Origin: an uncultured Spirochaetota bacterium
Lineage (GTDB): Bacteria > Spirochaetota > Brevinematia > Brevinematales > JAOACQ01
Direction of reading: 5' to 3'
NCBI GenBank assembly: GCA_963768055.1
Contig: CAVYGN010000001.1
Span: forward strand, 1,408,001-1,472,000
DNA: 64,000 bases
Shown: positions 57,977 to 64,000 of the stretch, one piece after another
How positions within the stretch are numbered: the stretch's first letter is position 1
Layout: each line of letters starts with the position of its first letter
The notes under the pieces: model-generated
Told to the model about the DNA's origin: nothing
The model's database searches: none
What the model saw: the letters and a program-made list of their open reading frames with translations, nothing else
Program-made: the position numbers and the translations under genes

Positions 57977-58678
57977 ATGCCTGTCAGGAATATCTTTTGC
58001 CTTGCCTCGGCCTTTATAGTACTATTGCTTTCATATTTCTCCTGTTCGAATTCCGCGAAGGGCAATGAAGAAAATGTCTATCTGGAAGTCGCGAGGGACA
58101 CTAACTCTATAATAGTTAAGGAACACAAGATGCTTATACTGCCCTTCGACTATGTGAGCGACACGAACGGGAAAATCAAGTATGTAAACACTAAAGTAGT
58201 CAGTACCATGATGTTCAATTCTTTTTATTCGCTGTTTTCACTCGTGCCTTCGATAGATCTGCCTGAAAAGCAGGAACTCGATACAATAATAATGCAGAAC
58301 CCTGGAGAAACCGCCGCCGCAAATAAGGCCGATTTTATCGTTTACGGAAACTATTTCTTTTCCGGGAAAAGGTCCGACCCGGAGGCGAATATTAATCTTA
58401 TCATATGGAGCAGGATAACAAAAAGCGAAATAACGAACGTTTTCAAGGTGCCGACTGACGAGGACATTTTCGAGGGTATCGACGGCATGACAGGCTATAT
58501 CGTCAAGTCGATCCTTAAAGAGGACAAAAAACTCGCCTTTTTAAAATTCGGCAATTTCAGCATCTCCCCCGAGGAATACGAGCTTTATGTCAACGACAGG
58601 CTTGTGGCGAACCCTTCCAACAGGGATTTCTCGCTGGAACTGAAAATACTGTCGAAAACTAAATACCATGTTCCATGA
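57977..58678 (+). CDS. Probable lipoprotein with a TolB-N/FlgO-like alpha/beta domain (possible 5' part of a split gene)
   Basis: YFSC lipobox; ILPFDY, ADFIVYGNY. Confidence 0.65.
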   Translation: MPVRNIFCLASAFIVLLLSYFSCSNSAKGNEENVYLEVARDTNSIIVKEHKMLILPFDYVSDTNGKIKYVNTKVVSTMMFNSFYSLFSLVPSIDLPEKQELDTIIMQNPGETAAANKADFIVYGNYFFSGKRSDPEANINLIIWSRITKSEITNVFKVPTDEDIFEGIDGMTGYIVKSILKEDKKLAFLKFGNFSISPEEYELYVNDRLVANPSNRDFSLELKILSKTKYHVP

Positions 58679-59322
58679 AACGAGTAAGCGACGGGGCCGA
58701 GGTTATCGATACGGGTGTCCAGCTTGACGCCGGGGAATCGTCGAACATCAGCTTTGAGACCAACAAAAAGCTTATTACCGATTACGCGTTCGTCGGCCGC
58801 AATTACGATTCCTGGCGAAATGTTGAAATTTATTATGATAACGACCCCTTTGCAACTAGTATAACTACCAATTTCTCTTTCGGTCCGCATAAGCTAACCG
58901 CTATCCCGGAATTTCCCGATAAGTCATTTGATAGTTGTTTTATCCTTTCCGTATCGTTACGAGGGGGCGGTTTAGCGGGAATAAACTTTGTGAGGAACCA
59001 GGGGAACTGGAAGGGCTATGACGCTCTAAGCATCTGGGCGGCCGGGAACCTGTCGAGGAAGGGGTTCAACATCATTATCACGGACGCGTATAATCAGAGG
59101 TGGATATATGTCGTTGACGACGACTGGAAGGGATGGAAGAGGATAACCATACCCTTCAACAAGCTCCGCAGGAGGAGGGACAACCAGCCCCCCAACGCCG
59201 TGCTTAACGGCATCCTCAATTTCCCGATAAAGACGCTTGAATTCTTCAATGTCGACACTCTCAGGGGCGGACGCCTGGGAACATACGAAATGTATTACGG
59301 CCCGATCGAGGTTTACAGGTAA
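58675..59322 (+). CDS. CBM11/CIA30-like carbohydrate-binding domain protein (possible 3' part of a split gene)
   Basis: NWKGYDALSIW...WKGWKRITIPFNKL; no signal peptide and no clear RBS. Confidence 0.6.
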   Translation: MKRVSDGAEVIDTGVQLDAGESSNISFETNKKLITDYAFVGRNYDSWRNVEIYYDNDPFATSITTNFSFGPHKLTAIPEFPDKSFDSCFILSVSLRGGGLAGINFVRNQGNWKGYDALSIWAAGNLSRKGFNIIITDAYNQRWIYVVDDDWKGWKRITIPFNKLRRRRDNQPPNAVLNGILNFPIKTLEFFNVDTLRGGRLGTYEMYYGPIEVYR

Positions 59323-59338
59323 CTTCGAGCGAAATAAT

Positions 59339-59367
59339 TTGACGGCAAAATGATAATACCCTATAAT
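59339..59367 (+). promoter_or_regulatory. sigma70 promoter of ahcY
   Basis: TTGACG-N17-TATAAT. Confidence 0.75.
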
Positions 59368-59395
59368 ATTTGTCATTCCACAATGGGGGATTGAC

Positions 59396-60796
59396 ATGGA
59401 TTATAAGGTTAAAGATTTATCGCTGGCGGATTTCGGGCGCAGGGAAATCGATATAGCCGAGCATGAAATGCCCGGCCTTATGGCGGTCAGGGAAAAATAC
59501 GGCCTGGAAAAACCTCTTAAAGGAGTGAGGATCAGCGGGTCCCTCCACATGACGATCCAGACAGCCGTCCTTATCGAGACCCTTGTAACTCTCGGCGCCG
59601 ATGTCAGGTGGGCAAGCTGCAATATTTTCTCCACACAGGACGAAGCCGCTGCGGCGATCGCAAAAGCCGGGATAAGCGTCTTTGCATGGAAGGGCGAGAC
59701 TCTTGAAGAATACTGGTGGTGTACGAAACAGGCGCTCTCTTTTCCAGGAGGCAAGGGCCCTCAGCTTGTAGTCGATGACGGGGGCGACGCTACCCTTCTT
59801 ATTCATAAGGGTTTCATGGCGGAAAAAAACCCGTCTCTTCTTACAAAAAAACCTTCAAATAACGAAGAATCTATAATATTGGAGCTTCTCGGTCAAATTC
59901 AGAAGGAAGACAGCTCTTTCTGGCAGAACATCGTCAATGATTGGAGGGGGGTTTCCGAGGAAACCACGACGGGTGTTCACAGATTATACCAGATGATGGA
60001 AAGGGGCGAGCTTCTCGTTCCCGCGATAAATGTCAACGATTCGGTTACCAAATCTAAATTCGACAACCTCTACGGGTGCAGGGAATCGCTGGCGGATGGA
60101 ATAAAAAGGGCCACCGATGTTATGATTGCCGGTAAAACAGCTCTGATTTGCGGATACGGGGACGTAGGCAAGGGTTCTTCAAAATCGCTCAGGGGGTTCG
60201 GGGCTCGCGTAATAGTCACAGAAATCGATCCAATCTGCGCTCTTCAGGCGGCGATGGAGGGTTACGAAGTCAAGACCGTTGAAGATGTTCTTAACCTCGC
60301 GGATATTTACGTGACCGCCACAGGGAACAGGGATATTATCACAATAGACCATATGGCTAAAATGAAAGACCAGGCCATTGTCTGCAATATAGGCCATTTT
60401 GACGACGAAATACAGGTCGCCGAACTTAACGCTTATCCCGGTATAAAAAAGATAAACATCAAGCCCCAGGTCGATAAATATATATTCCCTGACGGCCATT
60501 CGATATATCTATTAGCCGAGGGAAGACTTGTAAACCTCGGCTGTGCGAAAGGACACCCCTCGTTCGTTATGTCGAATTCATTTACAAACCAGACCCTGGC
60601 GCAGATCGACTTGTGGAAGAACAGGGACAATTACAAACCCGGAGTGCGCCGCCTTTCAAAACAGCTTGACGAGGAAGTCGCCCGGCTTCATTTAAAAAAG
60701 ATCGGCGTTAAGCTCACAAAACTCTCAAAAACACAGTCTGATTATATCGGAGTGCCCGAAGAAGGACCATATAAACCCGATCATTACCGGTATTAA
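59396..60796 (+). CDS. ahcY: Adenosylhomocysteinase
   Basis: [60 protein letters not shown]. Confidence 0.99.
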   Translation: MDYKVKDLSLADFGRREIDIAEHEMPGLMAVREKYGLEKPLKGVRISGSLHMTIQTAVLIETLVTLGADVRWASCNIFSTQDEAAAAIAKAGISVFAWKGETLEEYWWCTKQALSFPGGKGPQLVVDDGGDATLLIHKGFMAEKNPSLLTKKPSNNEESIILELLGQIQKEDSSFWQNIVNDWRGVSEETTTGVHRLYQMMERGELLVPAINVNDSVTKSKFDNLYGCRESLADGIKRATDVMIAGKTALICGYGDVGKGSSKSLRGFGARVIVTEIDPICALQAAMEGYEVKTVEDVLNLADIYVTATGNRDIITIDHMAKMKDQAIVCNIGHFDDEIQVAELNAYPGIKKINIKPQVDKYIFPDGHSIYLLAEGRLVNLGCAKGHPSFVMSNSFTNQTLAQIDLWKNRDNYKPGVRRLSKQLDEEVARLHLKKIGVKLTKLSKTQSDYIGVPEEGPYKPDHYRY

Positions 60797-60799
60797 GGA

Positions 60800-62104
60800 T
60801 TGAAAATGCCCCGGCTGTTAAGGATCCTCACAATAATTTTCCTTTTTTTAAATTTCGCTCTGCCGAAAGCCGGGACAAAAATAGGGAACTTTCCGCTTTA
60901 CCTGTCGGCCCTTCTTACTATTCTGGTCTTTCTCCCTCTGACTTTTTACCGGACCGTTAAGAATTACAGGGAAAGGGAAGAAAGATCGACCCTCATTTAT
61001 TTCATCTCCTTTTTACTGGTCTTTGCGCTGGATATTATTTTACAGGGTGTTCCTAGCCCTGCTTCAGCAATCTTCGATTCATATCTACCCTATTTTATCG
61101 CCTTATCATCGGTTTTTCTCATTTTTACGGCAAAATATACAGGCATCAAGGCCGAAGATTTCAAATTTATCATCCTTTGTTCTTTCTTCATTCTTACAAT
61201 ATACGGATTAGTGCAAAAAATATTCGGCGATATGAACACCATAATACCCGGGATCACTTTTAATTATTCTGAAGCGATTAATATATCCCCAAAACAAAGT
61301 TTAAATGTATGGGCAAAACACAATTTTGTAGAAGGGCTTAATTATCTCAAACTTTCTTCAACCTATCAGAACGGGAATCTGTTCGGCGTCAACTACATTT
61401 TAATTTCATGGTTCGCTTTTTATTTTTTAAAGGAGAGTAAAGGCTGGCTGCTTAAAACCGTTTACTATGCTTCAATATTATTATATATTATTATATGCTT
61501 CCTTACCGCTTCCGCAACAGTTTATATCGGCCTTATAGTATCGCTATCCCTTCTTTTTATATTAACCGTAATTGATATTATAAAATCAGGGGACCGCAAT
61601 AAAAAAATAAAGATAACCGCTCTTATAGCGGTGCCGGCGCTTCTTCTTATTACGGCAATTTTAATAATTAATAACGTCAGGGTATTTCATTCTTTGCTGT
61701 TTAACAGATTTCTCGGCAGGAATTTTCTTGGAAATGAAAGAGTTACCGATTTTTTAAGCTATATTAAATATTTGATCGAAAATAAGGGCTTGCTTCAGTT
61801 TTTGTTCGGTTCTTTTTTTAAAAATCCGAATAATACGGGGGGTTACGAAATAACACTCGTATATGTGTTTGTTAATTCCGGCATCATTTTTACTTTTCTT
61901 TTCATATCATATATTTTCATATTTATGAAAAAACTTAAATTTTCACTTTATAATATCGGTATCTTTTCTTATCTGGCAGCTTCGTTTATAGACGGGGGTT
62001 TCTGGCTGCCTCCAACCGCATTTTCCTTTTTCACGCTGATAGGCATCAGTCTTTATATTCTGCGGAAGCAAAGTGTCCCAATTCAAAAAATTGAAACCGC
62101 TTAA
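60800..62104 (+). CDS. Wzy/O-antigen ligase-like polytopic membrane protein
   Basis: About 11-12 TM helices; STYQNGNLFG periplasmic motif, LTAS. Confidence 0.65.
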   Translation: MKMPRLLRILTIIFLFLNFALPKAGTKIGNFPLYLSALLTILVFLPLTFYRTVKNYREREERSTLIYFISFLLVFALDIILQGVPSPASAIFDSYLPYFIALSSVFLIFTAKYTGIKAEDFKFIILCSFFILTIYGLVQKIFGDMNTIIPGITFNYSEAINISPKQSLNVWAKHNFVEGLNYLKLSSTYQNGNLFGVNYILISWFAFYFLKESKGWLLKTVYYASILLYIIICFLTASATVYIGLIVSLSLLFILTVIDIIKSGDRNKKIKITALIAVPALLLITAILIINNVRVFHSLLFNRFLGRNFLGNERVTDFLSYIKYLIENKGLLQFLFGSFFKNPNNTGGYEITLVYVFVNSGIIFTFLFISYIFIFMKKLKFSLYNIGIFSYLAASFIDGGFWLPPTAFSFFTLIGISLYILRKQSVPIQKIETA

Positions 62105-62130
62105 TCTGCGGATAATTTAATCTTTTTTAA

Positions 62131-62290
62131 GGGCGCTTCTAATCCTTCGGCCCTACGGGCACAAGCCCTTCGGATAGGAGGAAGCGCACATGTCCAGGGG
62201 CCAGGCACCAGGGCCCATAGGGCTTGCATATAGAGTTAAATAGTAAGTTATTAGTAAAAATGGTAATATTTTGAGTTATCAGAACTGCCC
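62131..62290 (+). mobile_element. MITE-like element copy D (160 bp, diverged)
   Basis: GGGCGCTTCTAA ... AGAACTGCCC ends; internal gggcccatagggc followed by an AT-rich arm as in copy A. Confidence 0.75.
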
Positions 62291-62310
62291 TTCATTAAAA
62301 AATCTGTAAT

Positions 62311-62338
62311 AAATAAGGGCTGTCGTGAAGACAGCCCC
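62311..62338 (-). terminator. Intrinsic terminator of flaB
   Basis: GGGCTGTC-TTCAC-GACAGCCC followed by TTATTT on the minus strand. Confidence 0.75.
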
Positions 62339-62352
62339 CATGTTAAGATTGC

Positions 62353-63225
62353 TTATCTTAAAAGCTGCAGCATCAATTGCGGCTTTTGATTGGCCTGCGA
62401 CAACATTGCTGTCGCTGCCTGGGATAGGATCTGAGATCTGACGAAGTTTGACATCTCTTCCGCCATGTCAGAATCCCTTATCCTGGATTCGGCGGATTGA
62501 AGGTTCTCGTAGCCGACCATCAAACCTACAGACGCCTTTTCAAGCCTGTTCTGGTAAGCGCCCATATCAGCTCTCTGCTTTGACACTTTTGTAAGAGCAA
62601 GATCCACCATACCGATGCTCATGTTCGCTTTATCTGGCGTCGAAATGCTGATAAAGGAAGCGCTAAGGGCGTTGCCGACGGGAGACTTCAACCCGAGTCC
62701 CTGCGAATTCATCGTTCCTACATACAGCCTGGTTCTCTGGTCCATGTTCGCTCCCATATGAAGCCAGATACTTGCCATAACGGTATTTTCTCCGGTAGGC
62801 CTTGCGAATCTACCGGTTAACATGTTCATACCGTTAAACTGGGCATGACTCGCGATCCTGTCGACTTCCGCGATTAGTTCGGAAACTTCGACCTGGATCT
62901 GCATCCTGTCTTCCGTGCTGTAAATACCGTTGGCTGCCTGGACTGCCAGTTCCCTGATACGCTGGAGAATAGTGTGGGTTTCCTCAAGATACCCTTCAGC
63001 GGTCTGAAGGAACGATACACCGTCCATTACGTTCATTTGGGCCCTTTTCAAGCCCTGGATCTGGCTGCGCATCTTTTCAGAAACGGCCAGTCCTGAAGCG
63101 TCATCACCCGCCCGGTTGATGCGCATACCTGAGGAGAGTTTTTCAATGCCTTTGTCGCTATCTCTGCTGTTGATAGACAGCTGTCTTTGCGTAAAGATGG
63201 CACTGATGTTGTGGTTGATAATCAT
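62353..63225 (-). CDS. flaB: Periplasmic flagellar filament core protein FlaB
   Basis: [60 protein letters not shown]. Confidence 0.97.
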   Translation of the reverse strand: MIINHNISAIFTQRQLSINSRDSDKGIEKLSSGMRINRAGDDASGLAVSEKMRSQIQGLKRAQMNVMDGVSFLQTAEGYLEETHTILQRIRELAVQAANGIYSTEDRMQIQVEVSELIAEVDRIASHAQFNGMNMLTGRFARPTGENTVMASIWLHMGANMDQRTRLYVGTMNSQGLGLKSPVGNALSASFISISTPDKANMSIGMVDLALTKVSKQRADMGAYQNRLEKASVGLMVGYENLQSAESRIRDSDMAEEMSNFVRSQILSQAATAMLSQANQKPQLMLQLLR

Positions 63226-63267
63226 GACATCCTCCTTGATAATTTTTGAGAACATCCTTGTTCTCAA
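63226..63267 (-). promoter_or_regulatory. CsrA-type binding hairpin plus GGA sites at the flaB RBS
   Basis: TTGAGAACA-AGGA-TGTTCTCAA perfect 9-bp stem containing ACAAGGATGT; second CAAGGAGGATGT overlapping the SD. Confidence 0.8.
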
Positions 63268-63277
63268 CTTAATATTA

Positions 63278-63304
63278 ATTTCGGAGATTTCCTGATTTTG
63301 ATTA
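63278..63304 (-). promoter_or_regulatory. Putative sigma28 (FliA) promoter of flaB
   Basis: TAAT-N15-TCCGAAAT versus consensus TAAA-N15-GCCGATAA. Confidence 0.6.
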
Positions 63305-63438
63305 GCAATAACAGGAATTTTTTATCGATTGGAAAACATATTGCAGCCGAGGATTTGAGGAATGACCCGATTACTATACGGGAGTATATATTTTAGATAT
63401 ATTGGTTGACTTTTATCTTCTATCCCGGTTAAAATAAT

Positions 63439-63513
63439 TCGGGCTGGAGGGATTTGAACCCTCGGCTTCTTGGTCCCGAACCAAGCGCGCTAGCCAAACT
63501 GCGCTACAGCCCG
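63439..63513 (-). tRNA. tRNA-Pro(CGG), CCA not encoded
   Basis: CGGGCTGTAGCGCAGTTTGGCTAGCGCG CTTGG-TTCGGGA-CCAAG ... GGTTCAAATCC CTCCAGCCCGA. Confidence 0.96.
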
Positions 63514-63619
63514 AAAAACAGCAGCCAAGATTTTAATACGGATATTTTTATTTATCAATTTTTTGGTCCTGCACCCCGGCAATTTAAAAATATAATTTGG
63601 CTATAAAAGGAGTAATTAT

Positions 63620-64000
63620 TTGAACAAAGAAAATAAAATCAAATTATTAGCCTTTGTTGTACTTGCCGGTTTCTCTTTAAGCGTTGCCATGAGCTATATC
63701 ATGGGCGCTTACCTTAACGCTCCCCATCCATACGACACTTTTTTAGTTATCCCCTCTGCAAAATTCAACGATTTTTTTGAAACCGTTCATTATTCTTCAA
63801 ATTTAAATCCCTACCTTTTCAGAGATCCTTACCCGGCAATAAACTATTTCCCTTTCGATTATGTCATTGGATTTGTTTTTTCGATTTTTAGCCCGGGGAT
63901 AGCCTTTACACTATTTTTAATTCTATCTGCGACGTCATTTCTGTATTTTAATATTACATTTTTTAGAACATCCGATAAAACCGCCGATTTTTTGACAATA
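63620..64000 (+). CDS. GT87/DUF2029-like membrane glycosyltransferase, 5' part (runs off the window; not in the ORF track)
   Basis: AAGGAG RBS, TTG start; hand translation MNKENKIKLLAFVVLAG...PYDTFL...FNDFF...NPY...NYFPF. Confidence 0.65.
   Translation, partial: MNKENKIKLLAFVVLAGFSLSVAMSYIMGAYLNAPHPYDTFLVIPSAKFNDFFETVHYSSNLNPYLFRDPYPAINYFPFDYVIGFVFSIFSPGIAFTLFLILSATSFLYFNITFFRTSDKTADFLTI

Noticed and set aside
59323..59395. SAH or SAM riboswitch upstream of ahcY
   Set aside because: A near-consensus promoter ends only 28 nt before the ATG, leaving no room for an aptamer.

Overview
A gene-dense chromosomal window from a spirochaete. Support: a periplasmic-flagellum FlaB starting MIINHN, the tamB-bamA-skp gene order and spirochaetal lipoprotein signals. 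Placement in a Brevinematales-like lineage is inference only. Housekeeping genes are radA, bamA, skp, coaE, thiL, mreBCD, recX, nadE, ogg, ahcY, flaB, tRNA-Arg(CCG) and tRNA-Pro(CGG). The window also carries many surface-glycan and membrane glycosyltransferase genes, a methanogen-type glutaredoxin/ferredoxin-disulfide reductase pair and an MMPL-LolA-like-beta-barrel lipid transport operon. The most unusual features are: (1) a family of ~150-175 bp MITE-like elements with GGGCRCTTCTAAAAAC terminal inverted repeats and swappable internal mini-hairpins, one partial copy translated in-frame inside a membrane glycosyltransferase and one end forming the MMPL C-terminus; (2) a putative trans-envelope signalling locus of three tandem propeller/beta-helix lipoprotein paralogues, a FecR-domain protein, a beta-barrel and a CHASE2 adenylate cyclase; (3) an unnamed GC-rich structured RNA candidate at 42.2 kb; (4) four periodic inverted-repeat elements with 7, 8, 9 and ~10 nt periods; (5) a Thr-Asn dipeptide excess in exported proteins; (6) a tRNA wedged between mreD and an RlhA-like gene. 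No CRISPR array, rRNA, transposase, integrase or reverse transcriptase was seen. All family assignments are from motif recognition by eye, with no database searches.
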